A stretch of 62,113 nt of DNA, counting the filler, from Malassezia furfur (Eukaryota), in the NCBI GenBank assembly GCA_052055015.1. It is 7 parts of 7 records of this genome, joined end to end, with 100 filler letters (N's around TTAATTAATTAA, not from the genome) between each part and the next. Parts side by side here need not be neighbours in the genome. Positions count along the whole stretch, not along the records: positions 35,758 to 44,514 come from JBQJIT010000449.1; positions 44,615 to 53,352 come from JBQJIT010000450.1; 5 more parts are not named here. One strand, given 5' to 3'. Of the stretch, positions 40,703 to 49,966 are shown piece by piece; position 1 is the first letter of the stretch; each line of letters begins with the position of its first letter. The notes beneath the pieces were generated by a model. It made no database searches. It saw nothing but the letters and a program-made list of their open reading frames with translations, and was not told the DNA's origin. The position numbers were made by a program, and so were the translations under genes.

Positions 40703-43549
40703 ATGCGACTGCCGACAGGTGCTGAAACCGAATCCACGTCTTTGCTTTCTGTGCTGCTTCTCTTTGCTTCGTTCCTTGTGCAGCGAATTCTTACCCCCCT
40801 CGGCTTCTCTACCCCCGCCCGTATCGCGCAAATGAGCACGACTGACGAATCCCAATGGTTCCGTCTCCCGACGGACGTGCATCCGACGCACTACGACCTC
40901 ACCATCCTCTCGGACCTGGAGCGCCTGCGCTTCCAGGGCGCCGTGGATGTCTCGCTCGAGGTGCAGCAGGCCACGAGCAAGATCATCTTCAACGCCGGCA
41001 AGGCGCTCGAGCTGAGCGACGTCGTCGTGTCGTACGACGGCCACCGCGAGCAGGCGTCGCCTGCGCACGACGCGCAGCACGAGCGTGCCACCGTGTCGCT
41101 CAAGAAGGAGCTGCCCAAGGGTGCGAAGGTCACGCTCACGGCCGCGTTCCGTGGCGAGATCGACGACAGCATGATGGGCTACTACCGCTCCTCGTGGGAG
41201 CACGAGGGCCGCAAGGGGAACTATGCGCTGACGCAGTTTGAGCCGACGTCGGCGCGCCGTGCGTTCCCGTCGTGGGACGAGCCGGAGCTGAAGGCGACGT
41301 ACTCGATGCGCATGATCCACCGCGACGACACGACGGCGCTCGCCAACATGCCCGCCGAGAAGGAGCGTGCGCTCGACACGCAGGGCGTCCACGACGCGCT
41401 GCTTGTCGACGCGCTGGGCTTTGCGGCGCCCGACCTCGGCAAGGGGTCGTGGAAGGTGACCGAGTTTGCGACGACGCCCAAGGTGTCGACCTACCTGGTC
41501 GCGTGGGGCAACGGTGAATTCAAGTACATCGAGGGCTCCTACACCTCGCCGCTGACGGGCCGCAAGGTGCCGATGCGTGTCTACACCACGCCCGAGTACA
41601 TCCACCAGGCGCAGTTTGCGCTCGAGGTCAAGGAGCGCATCCTGCCGGTGTACGAAAAGGTGTTCGACGTCGAGTACCCCCTGCCGAAGCTCGACACGCT
41701 CGTCGCGGCCGACTTTGACGCGGGCGCGATGGAGAACTGGGGCCTGATCACGGGCCGCACGAGCATCTTCTTGTACGACAAGAAGAGCGGCCTGGCCGGC
41801 AAGAAGCTCACCGCCGGCGTCCAGAGCCACGAGGTTGCGCACATGTGGTTCGGCGACATTGCGACGCTCGCGTGGTGGGACAACCTGTGGCTGAACGAGG
41901 CGTTCGCGACGCTCATGGGCGAGGTGATCATCCTCGACCGTGTCTTCCCCGAGTGGAAGAGCGCGAGCCAGTTCATCAACGACCACCTGAACCGTGCGCT
42001 GGAGCTGGACGCGAAGCGCTCGTCGCACCCCGTCGAGATCCCGCTGAAGGGCGACGATGTCGAGCACGCGATCAACCAGGTGTTTGACGCCATCTCGTAC
42101 TCGAAGGGCGCGAGTGTCCTGCGCATGCTGTCGCAGGTGATCGGCGAGGAGACCTTCTTGAAGGGCGTGAGCATCTACCTCAAGAAGCACCTCTACGGCA
42201 ACACGGTCACGCGCGACCTCTGGGACGGCATCAGCGAGGCATCCGGCCGCGACGTCGATGCGATCATGTCGAACTGGATCCTGAAGCAGGGCTTCCCCGT
42301 GCTGACGGTCACTGAGGACGCCGACGGGATCCAGGTGCGCCAGAACCGCTTCCTCTCAACGGGCGACCCCTCGGCCGAGGAGGACGCGACGCTGTGGTAT
42401 GTGCCGCTGGCCCTGAAGCACGCGGGCCAGGGCGGCGTCGAGGTCGACTACGACGTCGCGCTGAAGGGCGAGCGCGAGAAGCGCATCCCCCTGGCCAACG
42501 CGAAGGACGCTGTGTGGAAGCTGAACGCCGACACTATCGGCGTCTACCGCGTGGCGTACACGCCCGAGCGCCTCGCGCTCCTCGGCAAGGTCGCCGCCCA
42601 GAAGGACTCGCCGCTCACGATCGAGGACCGCGTCGGGCTCGTGAGCGACGCGTGGAAGCTCGCGCAGGCGAACTACACGCGCACGTCGAGCGCGCTCACG
42701 CTCACTAAGCTACTCGGCGGCCACGACCTGAGCTCGCTGGTGAACCAGGCGTTCTCGCAGAACCTCGCGTCGCTCGCGAGCGTCTGGTGGGAGCAGCCGA
42801 AGGAGGTGCGCGACGCGATCAACGCGTTCCGCGCGTCCATCTTTGGCCCGCTCGCGCGCGAGCTCTCGTTCGAGTTCGGCGAGAACGACTCGACGGACCT
42901 GCGCGAGCTGCGCACGACGGTGATCAGCGCCGCGGCCGCCGCCGGCGACGCGTGGACGCTCGAGCAGATCATGCTGCGCTTCGCGCCGCTGCGCGACAGC
43001 AGCGACGACAGCCAGATCCACCCCGACCTGCTCCGCACGGTGCTCTCGCAGGGCGTGCGCCACGGCGGGGAGGCCGAGTACGAGACGGCGTTCAAGGTGT
43101 ACGACCACCCCGACACGCCGGCGCACAAGACGTCGGCGATGTACGCGCTGGGCTGTGCGCGCGACCCCAAGCTGATCCAGCGCACGCTCGACTTTGTGTT
43201 CGGCGGCAAGGTCAAGACGCAGGACATTATGTACTTCTTCGTGGCGCTCGCCTCGAACGTCGATGCGCGCCGCGCGCTGCTGGAGCGCTTCCAGAAGGAC
43301 TTTGACCACCTCGTGAGCCGCTTCGAGGGCAACTTCTCGCTGGCCAACCTGATCCGCTACTCGGTGAGCGTGTTCTCGAGCACGCGCGATGCGGACGAGA
43401 TCGAGGCATTCTTTGCGAAGCACGACACGTCCAAGTTCAGCATGAGCCTCGCGCAGAGCCTCGACTCGATCCGTGCGCAGGCCAAATGGCTCGAGGCCGA
43501 CAAGGAGGACGTGACGAACTGGCTCAAGGAGAACAAGTTTCTTGCGTAA
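40703..43549 (+). CDS. APE2: M1 zinc aminopeptidase (Ape2/PSA-like); second in-frame ATG at 40832
   Basis: TQFEP, GAMENWGL, HEVAHMWFG, WLNEAFA, ISYSKG. Confidence 0.95.
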   Translation: MRLPTGAETESTSLLSVLLLFASFLVQRILTPLGFSTPARIAQMSTTDESQWFRLPTDVHPTHYDLTILSDLERLRFQGAVDVSLEVQQATSKIIFNAGKALELSDVVVSYDGHREQASPAHDAQHERATVSLKKELPKGAKVTLTAAFRGEIDDSMMGYYRSSWEHEGRKGNYALTQFEPTSARRAFPSWDEPELKATYSMRMIHRDDTTALANMPAEKERALDTQGVHDALLVDALGFAAPDLGKGSWKVTEFATTPKVSTYLVAWGNGEFKYIEGSYTSPLTGRKVPMRVYTTPEYIHQAQFALEVKERILPVYEKVFDVEYPLPKLDTLVAADFDAGAMENWGLITGRTSIFLYDKKSGLAGKKLTAGVQSHEVAHMWFGDIATLAWWDNLWLNEAFATLMGEVIILDRVFPEWKSASQFINDHLNRALELDAKRSSHPVEIPLKGDDVEHAINQVFDAISYSKGASVLRMLSQVIGEETFLKGVSIYLKKHLYGNTVTRDLWDGISEASGRDVDAIMSNWILKQGFPVLTVTEDADGIQVRQNRFLSTGDPSAEEDATLWYVPLALKHAGQGGVEVDYDVALKGEREKRIPLANAKDAVWKLNADTIGVYRVAYTPERLALLGKVAAQKDSPLTIEDRVGLVSDAWKLAQANYTRTSSALTLTKLLGGHDLSSLVNQAFSQNLASLASVWWEQPKEVRDAINAFRASIFGPLARELSFEFGENDSTDLRELRTTVISAAAAAGDAWTLEQIMLRFAPLRDSSDDSQIHPDLLRTVLSQGVRHGGEAEYETAFKVYDHPDTPAHKTSAMYALGCARDPKLIQRTLDFVFGGKVKTQDIMYFFVALASNVDARRALLERFQKDFDHLVSRFEGNFSLANLIRYSVSVFSSTRDADEIEAFFAKHDTSKFSMSLAQSLDSIRAQAKWLEADKEDVTNWLKENKFLA

Positions 43550-44045
43550 ATAGGTAGGGCAGTGGGAATCCCAACCCGTCGAAGGGACGCAGATCAGCGG
43601 GCCGGCCGTGCGGCGGCACCAGCGCGGTAGGCGAAATTGGGCGAATTTTGCAAATTGCAGGACGCCCATTGGGCCAGCCGAGGGGGGGCATTGTCGCGAA
43701 GAGGACGGTATGCCGTAGCACCACCTTACGAACCGGACGCTCTAGGACTACGTACATTGCATCACACGAAGGATCCAACGGGCCTATCCACGCCCACTCG
43801 GGCGCACGAGGTCCTGCCGGCTCGTCTGACCATGCCAGCCTACGTGACCCTGTGTTTCTGTCTCGACCGTGCGGGCGCCTGACAAGCCGCGCGCGGTGCT
43901 CTGTCGCTCGGTCGACGCTGCGCGGCCTACACCGCGTCCCGCGCCGTACCGCCTGCCGCAGGACATGCCTGCATCTGACGGCTTGGCTCACTCCGACCTT
44001 CCCACACAGGTTGCGTTGTGTCCATTGATAACGAAGAGAATTCCT

Positions 44046-44514
44046 CTACTCCTGCTCCGTCTGTGGTTGCTGGGTCAGACATGGGCTGCACGTACCTTGA
44101 AGAAGCGCGCGCGCCTCTCCTGGGTCGAGCCCAGCAGCGGGTTTTCCTTGTCGAGCCGCTCGACAGGCTTGGGCTTGAGGAGCCTCTCGTTGAGCATCGT
44201 GCTCCCTGCCGCCTGGAACGTCCCCAGAAGACCACCGAGACCCACACACGAGCCACCAATCATCGGGATGGAGCGCGCTGCGTAAGTCGAGCGAGCAACG
44301 TACCGGCCGACCCAATCACCAGACCGGCGGCGCAGCCGCCCGCTGCGCCGTTCCAGCCGTCGTCCTTGCCGCGCGCGTTCGCGGTGAATGCATCCGCATA
44401 TGCAAAGGCACCGCCGACAAGCGCTGAGATTAGCTGCGCAACGTACAAAACATCGCAATGGTGCGGCCCGTCCGGCTAAACACACCCATCGCGCCGCTGT
44501 GGTGCTTTTGGAGA
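44046..44514 (-). CDS. Complex I subunit NDUFA11 (21.3 kDa, Tim17 family), 5' truncated; introns 44424-44446, 44278-44303, 44070-44095
   Basis: GAMGVFSRTG, ANARGKDDGWNGAAGGCAAG, ERRARFFK. Confidence 0.85.
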
Positions 44515-44614
44515 NNNNNNNNNNNNNNNNNNNNNNNNNNNNNNNNNNNNNNNNNNNNTTAATTAATTAANNNNNNNNNNNNNNNNNNNNNNNNNNNNNN
44601 NNNNNNNNNNNNNN
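44515..44614. other. Artificial contig linker
   Basis: N44-TTAATTAATTAA-N44. Confidence 0.98.
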
Positions 44615-44655
44615 CCGTGTGGCTGTACGCGCACGTCCCACGTGCCACGACATCC

Positions 44656-45786
44656 ATGGAAGAAAGGTATCGCACTTGGTGCAGCAAGTACATGCGTTCG
44701 AGCCCGGCAGGGCTGTACTGCTTCTATAATGGTTCGGGTGACAACGGCGACGCAATAACCTGCTCGGAGGCACACGGCTATGCCATGCTCATCGCGACTT
44801 TGCATGGCAACCAAACGGATCTGGACGGTCTGCTCACTTTTTTCCTCGCATTCCGGAACGAGAACGGGCTAATGAAATGGCAGGTTCGGATGAACAAGCA
44901 CCATCACCTTTACGTTGAAGAAGACGCGAACGACTGTGCTACAGACGGCGACATTGACATTGCTACTGCGTTGTTCCTGGCCGCACGGCGTTGGCCACAC
45001 GGTTCGTCCATGTTCCCTGCAGGCGCATATGAGACGGAGGCAGCGCGTATTTCGGATGCGTTGCTGCAGCACTGCATCCATTCCACGTTGCATGTGCCGC
45101 TTCTGGGTGACTGGTGCAACACGGACGACAAGCAGAACCGCAAGCTGTACGACTCAACGCGCAGCTCTGACTTTATCCTGTCGAGTTTCCTGCTGTTCCA
45201 CATGAAGCACCCCAACCCGCATTCGCGTCAGCGCTGGCAGCAGGTCCTGGAATCGACGCTGAAATGTGCGTTAGACCAGTTGAACGTCCACCGCACGGGC
45301 CTCATTGCCGACTTCTTGGTGTACGACGGAAAGCATGGCTGGAAGCCGACAAGCGGAAAGCTGCTCGAATCGAAGCACGACGGAGACATGAGCTGGAACG
45401 CTTGCCGGACGCGTATGTCTTCATATGCTCACCTCAGCTTGGCGACTCGCTCATTACTACGCCGTGAGTGGCGACCAACGCATCCTCCCATTGCTCCAAG
45501 CAATGCACCACACGCTCGTCTCTGGTGTGTTCCCCTCGGTGCCGGCGGGTTTGCGCGTGCGTGACGGAAAGGCACTCGTGGATTATTCAGGTACGTCTCC
45601 CTACGTGCTCATGCAGGTCGCGCCTTCATTGCTCCAGCCGGGTATCTGTGTTACGTACTCGGGGACAGCAAGGGACAACAGGCCGCCGTCCGTGCCATGG
45701 ACGACGAGGAGTCCGAATACTTTGGCGACTCCATTGACCTGGTCATTGCCGAGGAAGCCATGGCCGCTCCCTACTGGCTTTCGTAG
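44656..45786 (+). CDS. Glycoside hydrolase family 8 (GH8b chitosanase/glucanase-like); introns 45413-45437 and 45591-45616
   Basis: SEAHGYAM, LMKWQ, ATDGDIDIA, TRSSDF, TGLIADF, LES...WNACRTPWR, YFGDSI. Confidence 0.9.
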
Positions 45787-45807
45787 GTGTAACACGTGAT
45801 TGCGCGC

Positions 45808-47145
45808 ATGGGCCATCTTGCCATGCTGCCTCGGCTCGCGGGCGCAGGTGGGCGCGCCAGAGCTTCTGCATACGTCTATGGCGCATCTGGTGGGACTTCG
45901 CGCGCGCTTTCTTCGCGCGTGCATCCCAAGTATACGGAAAAGCTGCAGCACGAATTTGATCGACTGGTGGGGTCCTTGGCCGAGGCTAGCCAGCAGCACA
46001 TCGAGGCGCAGGAACCCCGTTCATTCTACACCTACCGTCAGCCGCTCGGTACGTTCCAGCGTGCTATGGGCAAAATGTATCATCCTGATGCACGCGTGCG
46101 CCCCCCACAGATACCCAAGCTCCTATACCTCCAGCGTGCAGAGGAGGTCGATCAGCTGCTCCCTGTTGCCTTACAGCAGTGCAACACCATCGCTCGTGCC
46201 GTCGGCTTTGATTTGGAGTGGGACATCGAGCCTTATGTGGGGAAAACGTCCGTGATCCAGGTATGTGTCGCGGACACTATCTTCATCATTCATCTTGCCG
46301 CCATGCGGTCGTTGCCCCAGAGCATTGTGAAGATGATGGCCGATCCCACCGTGCTCAAAGTCGGCGTGGCTGTGCGCAACGATGCTCACAAGCTGCGCCG
46401 CGATTTTGGCATCGTATCAGCTGGGCTGGTCGAGCTCAGTGTTCTGGCGAAGTCCGTTGAGCCGGACCGTTGGCAACACCGCCGTACGCTCATCAGCCTG
46501 CAAGACCTGTGCAATGCCTACCTGAGCCGCCAACTCCGAAAAGATGATGTACGCATCAGCCGATGGTCACGCATCCCGCTGAGTGAGAAACAGCTCGAGT
46601 ATGCGGCAAGCGATGTGTTTGTCAGTCTCGAACTGTTCCATCGCCTCGTGCTTCTGATGTACGACCAGGCCATGAAGCGGGTGGCCACCGCTGCGACGGC
46701 CCAGGCATCCGAGCCGGCGCCGCTCGATGCCGTACTGGAGACGGTGCGTGCGACAGCGGATGAGGTGCACTCGGCTCCCAAGAAGAAGAGCAAGCCCAAA
46801 GTTGCCCTAGCCAAAACCCAAGAGACGGTGCGCAACCCCGAGCTTCGTGCGCACCAGCGTGCGCTGCTTGCTTGGCGCGTAAAAGAGCTCGACTTTGCGG
46901 CACTGGCTGCGCGCGCGGGCGTGAAGACCACCACCACGGCACACTACGTGCTCCGGGCGCTCACGGAAGAGTTTGATGCGCGGCGTCTCGCGGGTCACGC
47001 CCCTTTGGAGCTTGAGAGCAAAGAGCGTGCGAGGCTGCGCGCCGAGTTGGGTCTAACCGCGGTACGGCGCGTCATGCGCCAGCACGTAGGGTTCCTGCGG
47101 GCCCATGGCGTATTTAGCCATGCCGAGCTGCAACAAATGCAATAG
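45808..47145 (+). CDS. WRN/EXD2-like DEDDy 3'-5' exonuclease
   Basis: VGFDLEW, KVGVAVRND, S.W...PLSEKQLEYAASD; presequence-like N-terminus. Confidence 0.85.
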   Translation: MGHLAMLPRLAGAGGRARASAYVYGASGGTSRALSSRVHPKYTEKLQHEFDRLVGSLAEASQQHIEAQEPRSFYTYRQPLGTFQRAMGKMYHPDARVRPPQIPKLLYLQRAEEVDQLLPVALQQCNTIARAVGFDLEWDIEPYVGKTSVIQVCVADTIFIIHLAAMRSLPQSIVKMMADPTVLKVGVAVRNDAHKLRRDFGIVSAGLVELSVLAKSVEPDRWQHRRTLISLQDLCNAYLSRQLRKDDVRISRWSRIPLSEKQLEYAASDVFVSLELFHRLVLLMYDQAMKRVATAATAQASEPAPLDAVLETVRATADEVHSAPKKKSKPKVALAKTQETVRNPELRAHQRALLAWRVKELDFAALAARAGVKTTTTAHYVLRALTEEFDARRLAGHAPLELESKERARLRAELGLTAVRRVMRQHVGFLRAHGVFSHAELQQMQ

Positions 47146-47165
47146 CATCCGAAGGACTGTATACT

Positions 47166-48512
47166 CTACGCGAACGCATCACCCAGCGACTTGTCCTGGC
47201 ATGCCTTGTTCAGCGCCTCCTTGGCGGCCTCGGTGCCCTTCTCGCACGCCTCGCGCAGCGCCACGACCTCCTCGGGCTGCAGCGCTGCAGCAAGCGCGTC
47301 AAGCGCACCAAGCTGCTTCTCGAGCACCGCCGCCGACGGCGACGTACCGGCAGGCTGGAAATAGTTGGCGTTCTGCACGATCGTGCGGAGCGCCTTCTTC
47401 TCCTTCTTGAGGTTCTTCTTGGCGGCCTCGCGCTGCTTCTTGGCAGCCTCGCGCTCCGCCTTTTCGGCCTCCTCCTTGGCCTTGGCCTCGGCGGCGGCCT
47501 TCTCGGCCTCGGCCTTGCGCTTCTCAGCCTCGGCAATGGCCGCCGCACGCGGGTTTGCAGCCGCAGCCGGACGGCCCTTGTTCTTCTTGGCCTCACGAGC
47601 GGCACGCTCCTGCGCACGGAACTGCTTGATACGCGGGTCGACCGACAGGGCCTTGTCCACAATGCTGCGCAGACGCGCGTTGTCCTCCTTCTTGCGGCGC
47701 GCGCGCTCGTTGCGGTTCTTCTTCTCCGTGTAGCGCTTCTCGTCACGGCTGTCGCTGCCCTCGTTCACCTCCTTGTCGAGGTACTCAAAGCTGCGCCAGC
47801 TGTCAAAGTTGTAGAAGAAGTTGTAGAATTCGTCCACCTCCTGCTTCGTGCTGTTGGCATCGCCAAGCGACGGCACGGGGGTCTCCTTCGAGAAACGCGC
47901 CTCACGCTCAAACACGGGACCCCACAGCTCAAAGAAGCGCTCAGGAGCCTCCTTGCCGCTAGGCACCGCATCGTCGTCGATCGCCTCATCGACACTGTCA
48001 AACTGGCGACGCTTCTCGGGGTTCGACAGGATCTCGAACGACTTGGCGACACACTTGAAGAAGGAGTCGTCGTTGCTCAGGCCCGAAGAGCCCACCTTCT
48101 TGTCGGGGTGGTGCTTGAGCACTTTCTTGCGGTGCGCAATCTTGATCTCGTGCTCGGTGGCCTTGTAGCGGCGGCCAGAGAGACCGAGGACCGCGTAGTG
48201 GTCAAGTTGCTTCCACTCCTTCGGGTCGCTGGCAAGCAGCTCCTCACTCTCGGGCTCCTCGCCAATGTCGTTGTCGAGCTCGTCGACCTCGGCGTTGGCC
48301 GCTGCGTGGTCCGCCAGACGCTGCTGGACGAGCGCATCGTCGTCCGCAAACGAGCTCTGGCGCAGGCTGCGACGCATGTAGCCGAGGAACGCGGCACCCG
48401 CCGGCTCAAGCTTGGAGGTGGTGAGAGACACCGCCGACGTCGAGGCCGCAGCGGGCTGGTAGTTCGCCGGCGCAGCCGGGAGGGCAAACGGAATGTCGAC
48501 AATGGTCGTCAT
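47166..48512 (-). CDS. ZUO1: Zuotin, ribosome-associated J-protein
   Basis: WKQLDHYAVLGL, KHHPDK, FYNFDSWRSFEY, DPRIK. Confidence 0.96.
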   Translation of the reverse strand: MTTIVDIPFALPAAPANYQPAAASTSAVSLTTSKLEPAGAAFLGYMRRSLRQSSFADDDALVQQRLADHAAANAEVDELDNDIGEEPESEELLASDPKEWKQLDHYAVLGLSGRRYKATEHEIKIAHRKKVLKHHPDKKVGSSGLSNDDSFFKCVAKSFEILSNPEKRRQFDSVDEAIDDDAVPSGKEAPERFFELWGPVFEREARFSKETPVPSLGDANSTKQEVDEFYNFFYNFDSWRSFEYLDKEVNEGSDSRDEKRYTEKKNRNERARRKKEDNARLRSIVDKALSVDPRIKQFRAQERAAREAKKNKGRPAAAANPRAAAIAEAEKRKAEAEKAAAEAKAKEEAEKAEREAAKKQREAAKKNLKKEKKALRTIVQNANYFQPAGTSPSAAVLEKQLGALDALAAALQPEEVVALREACEKGTEAAKEALNKACQDKSLGDAFA

Positions 48513-48562
48513 GCTGGAAGGTAGGGAAAAAGGTTGCACCACGTGACCTGACGTGAACCACG

Positions 48563-49947
48563 ATGATTGACCTGCAGCAGCTCCAAGTCGAGAAGGGCGG
48601 CGACCCTGAGGTGGTGCGCGAGTCGCAGCGCAAGCGTGGCGCCTCGGTCGAGCTGGTCGACGAGGTGCTGGCTGACTACAAGAACTGGGTCTCGCTTGAA
48701 TTCCAACTAAACAACCTGCAGCAAGAGGTCAATGCGACGCAGAAGGCCATCACGGCCAAGAAGAAAAACAAGGAGAGCGCCGACGAAGAGCTCGCGAAAA
48801 AGAAGGAGCTCGATGCGAAGATCGCCGACTTCAAGCCGCAGGTGGCCGAGGCGGAGCGTGTGATGCGCTCCAAGGCGGGTACGATCGGCAACTTGGTCGG
48901 CGACAAGGTGCCGGTGTCGCAGACGGAGGACGACAACCTCGTCATCAAGACGTGGCATCCCGACGGCCCGAACGCACAGGTCGAGAAGAAGAACGACATC
49001 CTTTCGCACCACGAGGTGATGTACCGCCTCGAGCTTTTCGACACGGACCGCGGCGCGAAGATTGCGGGGCACCGTGGCTTCTACCTGACCGGGGACGGTG
49101 TGGACCTGAACCAGGCGTTGATCAACTACGGCCTCGACTTCCTCCGCAAGAAGTCGTACAAAAAGATCATGACGCCGTTCATGATGCGCAAGGAGCATAT
49201 GGCCAAGACGGCGCAGCTCGAGGACTTCGACGAGGAGTTGTACAAGGTCACGGGCGACGAGGACGACAAGTACCTCATCGCCACGTCCGAGCAGCCCATC
49301 TCGGCATTCCACTCGAACGAGTGGTTTGACAAGCCCGCGGAGCAGCTGCCAATCCGCTACGCAGGCTACTCGACGTGCTTCCGCAAGGAGGCCGGCTCGC
49401 ACGGCAAGGACACCTGGGGCATTTTCCGTGTGCACCAGTTTGAGAAGGTGGAGCAGTTCTGCATCACGGACCCCGCTAGCTCCTGGGAGATGCTCGACCA
49501 GATGGTCGCCAACTCGGAGGAGTTCTACCAGAGCTTGCAGATCCCCTACCGCGTCGTGGCGATCGTGTCCGGGGCGCTGAACAACGCGGCGGCGATGAAG
49601 TACGATCTGGAGGCGTGGTTCCCCTTCCAGGGCGAACACAAGGAACTCGTTTCGTGCTCGAACTGCACCGACTACCAGAGCCGCCGGCTCGAGGTGCGCT
49701 GCGGGATTAAGAAGCAGGGCGACTCGAAGAAGCAATACTGTCATATGCTCAACGGTACCCTGTGCGCCACGGAACGTGCGCTGTGCTGCATCGTGGAGAA
49801 CTGGCAGACGCCCGAAGGCCTGCGCATTCCGCCGCCGCTGCAGCCGTACATGCAGGGCCGCGACTTTTTGCCGTTTGTGCGCGTACGTCTCCGTTTGACT
49901 CACCCCAGGAACTGCCCAAGGGCACCACCAGCCAGAAGCGCAAGTAG
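48563..49947 (+). CDS. SES1: Cytosolic seryl-tRNA synthetase; intron 49883-49908
   Basis: ESQRKR, LIATSEQP, CFRKEAG, FRVHQFEKVEQF, ELVSCSNCTDYQ, ATER. Confidence 0.97.
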
Positions 49948-49966
49948 CTGTGGAATTGCAAACTAC

